A stretch of 64,000 bases of DNA from Antedon mediterranea (GCF_964355755.1 NC_092671.1:35846304-35910303), one strand, 5' to 3'. Positions 25,601-38,722 are shown, numbered from the stretch's first letter. Numbers and translations: made by a program. Notes: generated by a model not told the origin, from the letters alone.

Positions 25601-28600
25601 CAAAACTTTAATTTTAATTCAAAACTAAATATAATTAATGCTCAATGATTAAAACTTCTTTTATCTTGTTTAAAAATCTCAATTATTTATGTTTTTACCT
25701 TTAAATGTGCTTAATTTAATTGTGTTAATTTGATTTTGATAATTTTAGGTTTAATTTTATATTTTCTTTTGTCCATTTATATACTGTATTTTGTTTACAT
25801 TTATGTAGTTAAGAACTGAACCACTTTGGAAATCAGTACATTGTATTGAAAGTGTATTTCAGAATAAAGAAAGATTAAATAAATAAAATAAATAAATAAA
25901 TTAGTTAATCTATGTGAATAAGTTTCTCCATTTTAGAAATGTAGCCGTCTATGAGGAGTTTCAGTACTATATCATTTGTCGTATTCGATTTAGACTTTCA
26001 CCATTGAGTACAGTTTTTCCGTTGAGTACTTCTTTAACGGAGTATTTTGAGCGTTGAGATTGTTCTTAACGAAAAAGCTTTCGTTGTCAACGTTTTCTAT
26101 TTGAATGACTTTCTGTTGAGCACAAATTTACAATTCGAATACAAAAAGTACTCAACGAATCTTTACGTTGAAAACGAAAGTTCCCAATTGAATACGACAA
26201 TTGTTAATTAAGTTCATTTTGATTGTGATGGGTTTGTCACACTAAAGTGAGCCCTCTATAAGAAAGAGAATAAAGATGGACAACAACTTCTTTATTATTA
26301 TTGTTGATTTCAAACAAGTGAGCCCGTAATAGTGTCCTGTATACCTTGCTATTTGATTGGCTAACTTTGTATGATGTGCTATTCAATATTAATTCTATTG
26401 CATGGTGAAAGTTTGAATTAATGGTTGTATTACACAGCCTTTTTTTATATTATTAAGTGTGTGGAAAATGAGGCTGGAGCGTAAAACAGCATGTTTGAAA
26501 ACAAAGCTGTAATCTGTTCGGTGTATAAAGCTCTGTCTACTATCAAACTTTATGTGATGTGCACATATATGGAAATGATGATGTCATATCACTACCATAT
26601 TTGGGCACATTACACTTCTTTGATTAAACTAGTTTGATAGTATAGACAGCTTTACTCTTCTATTCTGTGGCCAAAATCAGAGCTGGTCTATTTAATGGCC
26701 TGGCCTCCTGTTTAGCCTTCGAAATTGATTAAAAAAGGAAGTAGCGTGAATTAATAGATTAAATGTTATAACACACCTACTTAAAACAGTAAGTGTGTTA
26801 TAGTAATATTTATCAACCTATGGTTTATGTTTATTTTGATTTGATGTGTTTTTAATTAAAAAAATAATATCTCATACTAACCGTATCATTACTTGTGTAG
26901 TATTCTGGTGCAGATAGACCAATTCCAGACTGGGAAAACTGTATTAAAATATAATTATCATTAACTTAAACTAAAAAGAGCTGTATAACATTTAAATATA
27001 AATTTAAATAATGTAAATAAAATTGTGTGTATAATAACTTTTTTTTACAATAAATGATAAGATTATATGTGTCTTTCAGTGAATCAGAAATTCTATTATA
27101 AAATGTTTACATATACAATTTGTTGGTCTTTAAATTGATTGAGGGAAAGTTATATTAAATTATGTACAAGAGTACAAATTGTCATAAGCTTATATTTGCA
27201 ATGTGGCTATTATGATAATTATAATGAAACCAACAATTATCTATTCAACAATGGTTTTATTGACAAAAACTGACCGAGATGTGCATAATACGTTGTTTTT
27301 TTTTATATTTCAATCATTATGTAACCTAAAGCCTGTTTTCCTGTCGACGTTATTCGACGTTATTGTTAACAATAATCAGCGATCATTTACGTAAACATTG
27401 ACATTTTAACGATTTACAGGAAAAGGTACTCGCTATCATTATCATTTCAACTCGTCGTTGAACTGTTACGATCAACGACAATAGCGTCGAATAACGTCGA
27501 CAGGAAAACAGGCTTTAGACGAAAGCTTTGAAAAATCACTTATGTCATCAATAAACAACCAAATCTATTTGATCTTGCATAATGTGTATGTTTATCTTTC
27601 AAAACCAAAACATCAGTTTTATTATTATTATTTTTTATTTTTTACATTTACTTTTTATCTTCAATTCATTTTCATTTCTTTATATTGCTTTCCCAACACA
27701 AGATGTTGTTTTTCATTCAGTAAAATTACATTTTTACTAGTCTTCTACTCCTTTTACTGGTCAGTTTGTAACTGAAAATTTACTTTAAAAATCTAAAAAT
27801 GAGGTACAGAAAATATATCTTGTTTACATTAGTTCAGGCATGAAGTATTTTGTACAGAAATCGTGACACGGTGAATTGAGTAAAATTATTGAAATTTCGT
27901 CAGATTTTACTGAAAATTTAACTGACTTGTTATTTTACTATTTAACAGGTCCGGCAAGGATTTAACTGGCCATTGGACGGTGGACCAGTGTTATTGGGAA
28001 CGCTGAACCAATGAATGGCACAGCAAGGAAAGGGAACATTACAATGTGCATGGTACAAAAGGAACGTAAACATTACAAAGATATCTTAATATCTTTCTGT
28101 TTTGACTTTTTTGTATAAAAATAGCCATGTTTTGTAACTTTAAAAGGTTACTTTATTAATATTTTGTATTAATTCGGCGTAATGTAACTTAGTAATGTAA
28201 TTTATATTGTTTTATGAAATGAATTAACAGGAAATAATGAGAAAAAAAAAGAAATCTTACTTGAATAATATTTGCATTTGAGTTTTTATCATCAGCACTA
28301 ACCCACATACCAAACAGAGGGCTGATCCTTAATTGATGGATTTTCACTAATGTGTCAATCATGTTCCAATTAGACTCCTCCCATTGCAAAGCATTGGTGC
28401 TATTCTGAATGAGACTCCACCCACCTATACTGTTGATTAACTGATGTAAAAACATGAATGAATCAAAATATTGATAAAAATTTACAAAAACATGACAACT
28501 GCTGTACTGTATGTTTCGGAATTTTCATATGCATCCAACAGTGAGTAACCAATTACAGGATGGATAAACTATTTTACAATGTACAGTATTGTGTTTATAA

Positions 28601-31600
28601 ACTAAGTCACATTTGAGGCTTAGGGAGTGGAGCTGAAAGAGTCGCGAGTTACAACCCAGGCACCACGTCAGGATTGAACCCTGCCACTAGTTCAGGATTG
28701 AACTCTGAAACTTTGAATTGGAAGGCAAGCACATTAACCACCAAGCTACAGCTCCACTACAATTAGGCAATAGGAAAAATGTTTGTTTTATTATCCTCTA
28801 AACAAGACATACTTATTATTATTATACATATTTATTCAGTACCATATTGAGAATTTCAATTGATTGAAAACACTTACCTCAACAACAGGTTCTATTCCTA
28901 ATTGTTCTATTTTCTTTTCATTCATACACGATTTATAATATTTCTTTGTTTTCTCAACTGATAATGATGGAACACCTTTATAATTGTAACCATCTTCCTC
29001 GAGAACCTTTTGAAAAAAAAAGGCAAAAAATACAAAACGGTAATAACTATTTACTTTGTCTACAGAATACCTGCTATAATATCTGGAGAGTTTTAAGGAA
29101 CCAAATGGGTAGTTCTAGTGGTAGAGCAAGTCTTATTGGATACATTTGACTTGTAATGGGCACACCTAAAAGAACCAAGTGCGTTTTTCAAATTGAGTAG
29201 GGGGTTCAGTGGCGTAACGCACATGGCAAAGGCCTCTTGTTTAGCACTCCTGAGGGCCCTCCAACGCTGGGTAGTTTGAATTGAGGCTGCTTTTGCTCTG
29301 GATTCTCTTGAGCTCGTGGGCCCCTTGAGCTCCTGGGTCCCTAGAGCTCTGGGCCCCTTGAGCTCCTGGGCCCCTTGAGCTCCTGGGCCCCTTGAGCTCT
29401 GGGCCCCTTGAGCTCTGGGCCCCTTGAGCTCTGGGCCCCTTGAGCTCTGGGACCCTTGAGCTCCTGGGCCCCTTGAGCTCTGGGCCCCTTGAGCTCTGGG
29501 ACCCTTGAGCTCCTGGGTCCCTAGAGCTCTGGGCCCCTTGAGCTCTTAGGCCCCTAGAGCTCTGGGCCCCTTGAGCTCTGGGCCCCTTGAGCTCTGGGCC
29601 CCTTGAGCTCTGGGCCCCTGGGTTTAGCCAGTGAGCGCTCATAGCCATTACGCCACTGCGGGGGTTATCCATTAACCCATTGTAATGAAAGAGGATTACT
29701 TTTACCTTCCTTAACTTATATTGATTGTCTTGGTATACTTTTGCAAAAGCGCCCCATTTTGGTTTTCCATCAGGGATGCGTACAGACTCCAGCCATCCTC
29801 CACAAGCATACTGATAGAAATCGCTACAAGGGTTAGCCTCTAAATCCATATAACTAAGCACCTCACTGCTTGCTTTGATGCATTCTGGGTCGTAGCAACC
29901 AACCTATAGAAAAAAAAAAAGAGATTATATTAAGCTCTAGGCCTACACAAGATTAAAAAAACGGTTGTTTGGGACAAAATTCTGAATTGTGCTTCCAAAA
30001 CATTAAGCATGCAAATGTTTAAAAAAATTATTTTTTGTGTGTTTTGTGCAAATGAATCATGAATAAAAATGCAAACCCTGTCTTCATTTTCATAAATTAT
30101 GGTTTTATGGCTCCTCTGAAAATTAAAAAAAAATAATGCAGCAGAATGCCATGTGAAGGTCCATCTACTTGATACAATGATTTAAATGCATCTTTAGAAA
30201 TGCTAGATTGTAATTTAAATGTTACTCTTGCTCTGGCTTAAACATGATCATGGTATGAACATGACAATTGCTTGAACATGATCATGGTGTGAACATGACA
30301 ATTGCTTGAACATGATCATGGTTTGAACATGACCATTGCTTGAACATGATCATGGTGTGACATGATAATGATGTGAACATGACCATTGCTTGAACATGAT
30401 CATAGTATGAATGACCATTGCTTAAACATGATCATGGTGTGAACATGATCATGGTGTGAACATGATCTTGGTGTGACATGATAATGGTGTGAGCATGACC
30501 ATTGCTTGAACATGATCATAGTGTGAATGACCATTGCTTAAACATGATCATGGTGTGAACATGACCATGGTGTGAATATAACTATTGTGTGAACATGATC
30601 TTGGTGTGAACATGATCATGGTGTGAACATAACCATGGTGAACATGATCTTGGTGTGAACATGATCATGGTGTGAACATGATCTTGGTGTGAACATGATC
30701 ATGGTGTGAACATGATCATGGTGTGAACATAACCATGGTGTGAACATGATCTTGGTGTGAACATGATCTTGGTGTGACATGATAATGGTGTGAGCATGAC
30801 CATTGCTTGAACATGATCATAGTGTGAATGACCATTGCTTAAACATGATCATGGTGTGAACATGACCATGGTGTGAATATAACTATTGTGTGAACATGAT
30901 CTTGGTGTGAACATGATCATGGTGTGAACATAACCATGGTGAACATGATCTTGGTGTGAACATGATCATGGTGTGAACATGATCTTGGTGTGAACATGAT
31001 CATGGTGTGAACATGATCATGGTGTGAACATAACCATGGTGTGAACATGATCTTGGTGTGAACATGATCTTGGTGTGAACATGACCATTGCTTGAACATG
31101 ATCATGGTGCAAACATGATCATGGTGTGAACATCACCTTCATTGTGACCAAGAACGTATACACTACTGTGGCTGAATCAAACCGAGGCATACTGTACTTA
31201 TTTGATGATTAAGACAGACTTATTCTACTGAGCCTTACTTAACTAACTCTCTAATAAGGCACTCCACAATCAACTGAGGAGCTCACTAGACTTGAGACAT
31301 ACACACGATTGTGGTGCAAGCTCAAAATCAGTGCAAACTCAGACTTGTTTCTTCTATTTAAGGCCTATTTTAATGTGCTAAGTAAGTACTTACCATATGC
31401 GGCGATGATATAATGTAGATAATAGAAATTGAAAGAATAATCAAGATGAGTAGTAGACAAAAGGTAATCCATGTAAGGCACTTCTCACGCTTTGTGTATT
31501 GTATAATATCTTGGTCTTTGCGAGACAATGAAGCTGTATAGAAATTTTAAAAAAAATCAAGGTAGTAAACACATACATAATGCTTCTCTTCAATTCATTA

Positions 31601-32781
31601 AAAGAAAAATATGGTCCATTTATATCAACCATCTTTTTAGGCCTTTTACAAGGTTTTTTTTGTTGTCCAGAATGATGACAATTTAAGCTTGGTTCCCACT
31701 AGAACGTAACGCAAGGACGTAAACGCAAGGCAAGCGTTTTAACCAATGACAAGCGAAGTTATAGACAGTTAGCAATCACAAGCGAATAAGCCATCGCTTG
31801 TGATTGGTCAATTAACTTGCGTTGCGTTACGTCCTTGTGTTGCGTCGCCAGTGGAAACCATGCTTAAGCAGGCCTAACTGTATGCAGTTGCGTAACGACT
31901 ATGAGTGCTCACTGACTAAACCCTTGAGCAGTGTTCAGAGGAAACAAGCACAAATGTGCAATACTCAGGGTACAGCGAAAGGAGCTGTAATGACTACAGT
32001 ACATAAGACCGGATGTAACGTCACATACACATCAATAACCGCGCTACAAAATACGGCTATACGGTACCATCTTCGAGACGTGATATGGCTGCATCCGGTT
32101 TGAAATTAAAAAATCTATAGATTTGAGGAAATGTCCCCGTAGTATATTCATGCCAAATTCCAGCTCAATACTACAACTAATAAGGGAGGAGTAGTACTTT
32201 AAAAATCGCACTTTTTACTCAATAGTGTCCAGATGGAGGAGGAGGAGGAGAAAATGAGTAAGTCCTAGACTCGGGTACCCAGAGTAAAAACAGGAATTAA
32301 AATATGCCGAAAAGAAAAATGCCCAAGGCCTCTAGCGTTGGAACTTGGAGGGACACTTAGGTTTCCTAAACCAGGGGCCTTATGCCTCTGCCTGTATGGT
32401 TATGTGATTAAAGAATAAAATGCATATAAACCTCAAAAATTTATGATAAAAATTAAATCATTTGATTTTACAAATTTTGTTTTCACTTAATCACTCCTTA
32501 GCTACAGTATCTTGACTTAAGCTACTTGTAAACTGGTTTATTCTAGTATCATATGTGCTTAACAGTTTGTTATTTAAAGACCATTTAGAGTTCCCTGTAC
32601 TGTTTGAATGACCTTGTTATTGATTGCAGATAAATAAACAAAATGTAGAAAAAAAAATGATATGAAAAAACTTACTTAAATTCCATTCTTCATCACTATC
32701 ATCCTCATTTACCTCTTGTAAAAATTTTGTTGTTGCATCAGGATCATCATAATACGGCGCCGCCCGTTTCTTGTTCGACAT
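10635..32781 (-). CDS. M13 family zinc metallopeptidase (neprilysin / endothelin-converting enzyme-like), type II membrane protein
   Basis: 16 in-phase exons: 32781-32676 (MSNKKR...), 31533-31394 (TM: [21 protein letters not shown]), 29903-29706 ([13 protein letters not shown]), 29006-28878 (YYKSCMNE), 28440-28261, 26938-26882, 24637-24482, 24052-23966, 23452-23328, 22768-22546, 22138-21962 (IGYP), 13401-13298, 12865-12755 (VNAYY), 12269-12077 (GHELTHGFD), 11348-11110 (ENIADNGG), 10734-10635 (CKLW*). Confidence 0.95.
12374..12730. mobile_element. Kolobok-like MITE family (TTAA TSD, about 320 bp)
   Basis: Family termini TTAA|AGATGTATTGTCCCC...GGGGACAATACATCT|TTAA (this copy is degenerate). 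Cleanest copies at 34713-35043, 46372-46680 and 56364-56684; partial copies at about 32937-33266 and 60898-61095. Confidence 0.72.
13855..21790 (-). mobile_element. Nested cluster of five Helentron/DINE-1-like non-autonomous elements (about 1.5 kb each)
   Basis: Five left ends, (A)ACTAG plus stem-loop CGTCA-CTT-TGACG plus subTIR, at 13855, 15378, 16954, 18479 and 19991. Five right ends, subTIR plus its inverted repeat, at 16953, 21583, 21657, 21720 and 21790. No TSDs; insertions are in AA/TT. Confidence 0.85.
21803..21918. mobile_element. Short CAG-terminal MITE with 5-bp TSD (hAT5-like)
   Basis: CAGTGGTGGATCCAGG ... CCTGAATCCACCCCTG, flanked by CAGAT at 21798-21802 and 21919-21923. Confidence 0.65.
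24141..24417 (+). mobile_element. tRNA-derived SINE (same family as 9958-10257)
   Basis: A box TGGCGCAGTG, B box GGTTCGAATC, central CCCAGGTGTATAAAATGGGTAC, L2-like tail GCGCTATATAAGA...(ATT)n. Confidence 0.8.
24690..25900 (+). mobile_element. 5'-truncated, frameshifted non-LTR retrotransposon (CR1/L2/Jockey-group RT), antisense in an ECE intron
   Basis: [46 protein letters not shown]. Frameshift near 25135, stop at 25611, (AAAT)n tail at about 25877-25900. Confidence 0.92.
25976..26200. mobile_element. MITE-like element
   Basis: Terminal inverted TTGTCGTATTC / GAATACGACAA with internal TTGAGTAC repeats. Confidence 0.5.
27327..27517. mobile_element. Near-perfect palindromic Harbinger-like MITE
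   Basis: About 40-bp TIR TAAAGCCTGTTTTCCTGTCGACGTTATTCGACG...CGTCGAATAACGTCGACAGGAAAACAGGCTTTA. Confidence 0.8.
28622..28760 (-). mobile_element. tRNA-derived SINE head (duplicated B box)
   Basis: Minus strand TGTAGCTTGGTGG (A box) and GTTCAATCC (B box, twice). A related head lies at about 23755-23828. Confidence 0.55.
29207..29658. mobile_element. hAT-like MITE with an internal expanded 15-16-bp GC-rich minisatellite
   Basis: TIR CAGTGGCGTAA / TTACGCCACTG; 8-bp TSD aGGGGGTT / cGGGGGTT; (GGGCCCCTTGAGCTCT)n at about 29305-29620. An unexpanded relative lies at 53291-53464. Confidence 0.8.
30240..31133. repeat. 17-bp minisatellite (AACATGATCATGGTGTG)n with an about 300-bp higher-order duplication
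   Basis: Direct reading. The variant pattern of about 30470-30770 is repeated at about 30771-31070. Confidence 0.92.
31683..31868. mobile_element. Palindromic Harbinger-like MITE
   Basis: TTAAGCTTGGTTCCCACTAG..ACGCAAGGACGTAA / TTACGTCCTTGTGT..CCAGTGGAAACCATGCTTAA. Confidence 0.7.
31942..32290 (-). mobile_element. Short Helentron-associated (HINE-like) element
   Basis: Left end AAACAAG plus stem-loop GCACA-AA-TGTGC plus subTIR TACTCAGGGTAC. Right end (GGA)n plus ACTCGGGTACCCAGAGTA. Confidence 0.55.
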
Positions 32782-32824
32782 TTCAAATGAATTTACAAAC
32801 CAGGAGCCTATTAAGAGGATAAGC

Positions 32825-32870
32825 TTGCATGTGATTGGTCAGTTTGAAGCAAAGTAGGCGGGATTATCAG
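32825..32870 (-). promoter_or_regulatory. Candidate proximal promoter of the M13 peptidase gene
   Basis: CCAAT box (GATTGG on + at about 32833) and GC-box-like AGGCGGGA (about 32856), 50-80 bp upstream of the ATG at 32781. Confidence 0.35.
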
Positions 32871-33980
32871 TATAAAGAATCTTCGGTAGAAAAAGATTGA
32901 AAAAAGAATATTTTAGTTAAAATAAAAGAATAAAATAAAGATGATTCAAGATTTAAAAATATGAAAAATGAAGATTAATAAAATCAGACTTTAAATAGAC
33001 CATTTTGTAGTTTTAATCAAGTTATTAACTTCTGTAAAAAAAAAAAATTATTTTTTCACTTATAAAAAGACAAAAGAAACTTTTAATTTTAACCAAAAAC
33101 CATTGTCTAACAGACAATTTAAGTATTTTTTGCTATAAATTACATTTTTTTCAGGTAATACCTTTTTTCCGATCCAGTTTTTTTGGTCAAAGTGAATAAC
33201 TGTTAGTATTAAAATGGCATATTTATTTTTAAAAAATGTGAAAAAAAGGGGGACAAAATACCTTTAAATGAAAGCTTGATACAAACTTATCGCAGTTTCG
33301 CGAGTGTCTTTAAATGAAAGGAGTTATACTGTAGTAACAAATCAAAAAAGGCCAAGGATAACTCAGGTTTGCTTATAAATATAATATATACAGTACAATA
33401 CCATCCTGTAGTCTCTATAATCTATGAATTAAACAAATACTGCACTAACCTATCTCTCTACCATACATGGAGGTTTCCGATAGATATATCCCTATCTACA
33501 AACAGTCCCCAGTTTATCCAGAAGCCACCTTCATCAACAAGGTACTAAAATACTCTACAGCATCATAAAAGGGATACACTTGTGGTATTCTATTGTACAC
33601 TAAAATCAATGCAATTCACCAGATGGTATGTTACAGGTTGTTTAAATCCTGTAACAATCAATACTGCAGTCACTTTATACTTTCAATTATTAAGCCGTAT
33701 AATGAATGAACTCATTAACATTGTCTGTGTTTACTAAACACGATCAACATGGGAAAAAAACCTGCATTTAAATAGGCACAACAGATGGATGATTTAAACT
33801 TGTATAATATTAATATTTAACCATTTTGGCTAGTACCATTAATAATAAATACAGTAATATGATTTATTAAAACAAAATCGTTTTTCTCAGCAAAATGTAC
33901 TAATTAGTATAACTAAGTTACTAGTTACTATTCAGTACATAATTAAAATTGAATTGCACACTTGTAAATGGTGCAGGCCT

Positions 33981-34164
33981 ATATATAAATCCAAAGGCAA
34001 ATTACTGAAAAAATGACAATGCTGTGGGTATCAGTGGCTGGATATCTCAATGGAGATACAAAATAAAAGCGAAAAGCTAAATCAAAACGAGAAGTAAAAC
34101 AGCCAGAAAAGTTAGCAGAGCTAATACCCACAGCATTGTCATTTTTTTCAGTATTTTGCCTTTG
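33981..34164 (-). mobile_element. Penelope-like pLTR fragment with an inverted partial copy
   Basis: 33981-34122 is the reverse complement of 7243-7381. 34124-34164 is an inverted repeat of about 33992-34031. Confidence 0.7.
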
Positions 34165-36369
34165 CATTTAAAAATTCATACACATTTATTCAGTTATAAC
34201 AATAATAACTGGGGCCCACAATAGAAGCAACTTGATTTTAAAAATGAATTTTAAAGATAAACTAAAACTTGCACTTCACTGTAGAATTTAATTGAAATTG
34301 GCTCCGGTACCACTTTTTATATACACAGAATTATACCGAAAATAAAGAAACACCAAACAATAATTATTGAATCTCAATTTAAAATGTCTTGCAGTTATCT
34401 TAATAATTCAAGAGAATAAGGAAAGGTTGTACTGTATGGTATACAGCAAAAACAAATGAAAAAATGGAAAATATTATCATTACAATAATGCATTTCTGCT
34501 ATATAAAGCACTAATAAAGGCATTTCATATGGCTATAAATAATTGGCTAAAACCTAAGTAGAAATAATGGCTATATGCCCACTGGGATTTCCGGTTTCTC
34601 TTATCCTCTTTCCTAACCTGCATGAATTGAAGAACATGTGTTCAGGATAATAACAATAATTTAAAGTGGACAATTTTCCTCGTTTATTATATTTGGAAAC
34701 AGATGAATTTATTTAAAGATGTATTGTCCCCCAAAAACATGAAAAATGAAGATTAATTAAATCAGACTTTGAATAGGTTATTTTGTAGTTTTAATAAAGT
34801 TAATCACTTCCGTAGAAAAAAAAAGAAAAAAATTTATGTTTTAACTTATAAAATAACAAAATAAATGGTTAAATTCAACCAAAAATCCATTGGCTGGCAG
34901 CCAATTTGACATTTTTTTGCTTTAAATTACAGTTTTTTCAGGTAAATACATTTTTTTTCGATCTAATTTTTGGTCAAAGTGGATAAATATTATGTGACAT
35001 TAAAATGGTATATTCAACAAAAAAATGGACAATACATCTTTAATAGTAATAATAATTTAATAAATAATAGCAGTTTTTATCAAATATTTTGTAAAACACA
35101 TGTTTTTTTATTCACTTCAACACTTTCAAAGGTGGTCCATTTCCAATGCACATACACTGTGATTATATATATATTATTTTGGGTTACGATCTGTACAATA
35201 CAAGTCAGAAAATAATTTGCATGAACAATATAATTTAAAAGAACAATAAACTTGTTAAATGTTATTCTTGAAAAAATTTCATTTGGATCCCAATTTCCTG
35301 AGTCCTGCTATCCTACTCCTATTGTAACTTGTTAATTGTTATTATTTCCAGACACAAACAAAATAAACCTATAAAAATCATAGAAAATTCCATTATAAAA
35401 TAATTGAAGTTTTTATGATCCCAACATGTTTTTAACATTTATTTACCTCTCTCATCTATCTTGCTAAATAACAACTGTTTTGTTCTCACTCACCTTTAAA
35501 TTAATCAAAAATCAGAATATACTAATGAGTAGGCTTGCATTTAAACTGTCCTTGAAATGAGTGAAAAAACGTAACAATATATAAAAGCGATTAGACCAAA
35601 CTAATGTGCTAAACAAATGAATGAGTCGACTTGGGAAAACAACCAGATGGTAGTTTTTAAATTGAGGGCAGTATTTACATTTCAGCTAGGCCTCATATCC
35701 CAACCATACGCTGATTTACGTACGTCGTCTATGGGTCCATCACAAACGGTGTCTGTTTATGCTACGACGGTGCCAGACCATCTACTAGGCCTAGCGTAGA
35801 CATACCTAGCTAGTAGTAGTAGGCTTACCTAGCTATAATAATGGTGTTGTAACAAATAGATAGTTACATTAAGTCTTGCTGAGAAAAATTAATGTCATCG
35901 ATAAACCACCTTGTTTGGATGCAATCGTTCATATAAAAAAAGAAATTCCCACACTCAATGTTTTTTCTTCTCCCATCTTGAGGCCTTGTTTGTGTCAAAG
36001 GTTGTAGGTTGATCCATTTAGTCGATCGTGTCAGTACAACAAAGGAATACGTAACACAACTTATTATTTATTATGTATAAACATAGTCAACTAGACATAA
36101 TATTTAATTTAAAATAATAAAAAACCTAAAGGACATGACGAAAATATATAGTTATTAATCTTACGTTTTACTTTTTAATAATATTACAATTGGATTCCTC
36201 TTTTGTTAATGGTTTAATCTGATAAACTGTAAAATGTAAACAAATGAATGAGATGAGGTCAGTCCCCAGGGAACAAGTCACGTTTTGGCCGCGATCCCAG
36301 TCATTCGGTCAGGCCTAAGCCTAGCCAATTTCGCTTATAATTCGTTAAAAAAAACTAGCCTATGTCAAG

Positions 36370-38555
36370 ATGGAATCATCAAGTAAATCCCGGTATATAA
36401 AACTGGCAATACAGCTTCTTGAAAACTATCGTGGAAGAGACAAAATCATTCGAATTTCAAGTTACGTGACGATGTTACTGTCTTCCGTTGGAAAGAAAGG
36501 TGGTGCGATGAACATAAAATTCAATGTGATAACACAACAATTGAATTTATGTCGAACTATCCTCCGACTCTTTGACGATCTTCCAATGCTAGCATTAACT
36601 GCAACCTATGGATTTGGAAAGCATGTAAGCTTAACTAGGCCTAGGCCTAGGCTAGTTTTTATGCAACGCTCTTGTTGTATTGGAACTGTGTTTTGTTGTC
36701 AATGTCACACAACATACAAAATGCTCAGTCATCATTTAAAAAATGAATGGGTCTTTATTTATATTACGTTAAAGGGGTAGTGCTTGGAATAACATAATTG
36801 TAATTGGTGGCACAGATCATTTATTACAGTTTGGGCTATACAGTACTGGATTTGGATTTATGTTATATGAAGTGAATTATGTGAAGAAGTGACTTATTTT
36901 AGATCGGATTGGGGGTGCGGGTGCGGGTGGAGAATTAGTTGGCACCGTGAGGTTTCATAATACAATCAGAAGGATAGAAAGTAACATGGCTGATGGCTCT
37001 TAATTTTTTCATCTGTATTCTTGCAGGAAAAAGTTCCAGGCATTGGTTTGCTGAAGGGTTTGGAGAACCTTGTTTATTCCCTGTTTTTCCCCGTAGAACA
37101 TATCGCCTGGCTAGCCCAGGTTAAAGTCTTACAGGGCTACCATGAAGGAAAGTGGATAGTAGGCTGTATTGGTCTTTGGGCAATTGCTCTTGTTTTGTCC
37201 ATAACGAGGTAAAAAAAAAAGGCCATAAAAAATACATAACGTCCTGTATTTGCTGATTTTTTATATACCGTCTATTATAAATTCTCTAACACTCTAGTTT
37301 GTGTAGACATACAATAAAGTAGTTTGACATTCTATCAATATAGATAGATTATGTGTGTGTGAGTCAATTCATCACCATTGAGAGAGATTTGCCCGAATTT
37401 ATCACAAGGACAATTCAAATAGGCAGTTTTTAAGAGCATTTCTTTTTTTCCATCAGGAATCTCATTAATCTGAAGGCCATGAAAAGGCAGATGGAGGATG
37501 CACAGAGGCAACTGAAAATAGAAGGAGGAGGCGGAATCTCAAGGTTTGTCAGACTTGATAAAGTACATGGTCCTCCCTCCAACTAAAAACACAAATAGAA
37601 AGACCAACATTTGTTTCGTTTATTTATTTGACCGGCATAAAATCAATATAATAAATATATATATATATATACATTAAATAAACAAATCAGGCATACAACA
37701 TTAATTCTAAACTGCCCGGTGATATACTGAAATTTAATTAATTAATTTGAAATCTGTGAGAATGCTTGTAAATTATCATTTATTTCTTGTATCGAGCACT
37801 TTGGTTTTTTTTAAAGAGGTTAAAAAATGCTTAGCAGGGGCAGCTTAAGCAAAATACATCACTGTGATTCAGCTACCCCTCATATAATTTTTTTACATTT
37901 CATAAAAATTTGTCAATAAAATTAAATTAGTCTACAAATAAAATAAGTGAAAATAAATAAGAAAGAAAAAGAGTCGGGCAGGTTAGATCGAAGAGAACGC
38001 AAGAAGGATTTCAAGTTAAAAACAAACTCATCCTTGAGATCATTTGCGAAAAATGAGGGTATCTGATCAGGATGTCTGGGGTTGATTGAGATGTGTTTCT
38101 CAATAACAGAACAGTCAATAGAGACATATGCACACAAATGAGATCAAAAGAAAGTTTCTTTTGAACTCCAAATTCATGAGCTTTTTCTGGGTGGAAATAG
38201 GGCTAAACCATTGTCAACATTAACATGCACTCTATGGAATTATATGTACAAAAAGTATTTTGCTACAGTGTATTCAAAATAAATAACCAAATAATAATAC
38301 ATTTCCCTTTCTTGTAGTTTGGAATTGACACCTACAAAATCAGTTGTAGAATTAAAACTAAGCCAGTATAACATGCGGTTAGATTTGTTAAAGAACTGTG
38401 CAGATCTATGCAATGCCATCAATTGGCTTCCTCCAGGATTCCTGTGGTCAGGCAAGATTCCGACACCGATTACTGCCATCACTGGAATGCTGTCATCCTA
38501 TCTTGGTCTCTATCAGTGTGCATCCAACATGATATCTGACAAAAAGAAAGTATAA
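36370..38555 (+). CDS. PEX11G: Peroxisomal membrane protein 11 gamma-like
   Basis: Exons 36370-36624, 37027-37208, 37457-37543 and 38318-38555, all in phase. Motifs LENYRGRDKIIR, CRTILRLFDDLPML, FFPVEHIAW and KNCADLCNAINWLPPGFLWSG match PEX11G. Confidence 0.92.
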
Positions 38556-38722
38556 TAATATAAGTGTTGTGTTTCATTAATCTTATATCTACATAAATCT
38601 AATTCACTATGAGCTAAAAACTGCCAGCACAACTATATGTCCTTGGTAAAATCAAACTGAAATTGTGTTCATTAAATTGAGTAATTTCATTTTATTTGGT
38701 GAGAGCTAATTTGATTCACAAC

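Noticed and set aside
33467-33568. Short + strand ORF MEVSDRYIPIYKQSP...
   Set aside because: Only 33 codons, with no recognisable motif and no supporting splice partners.
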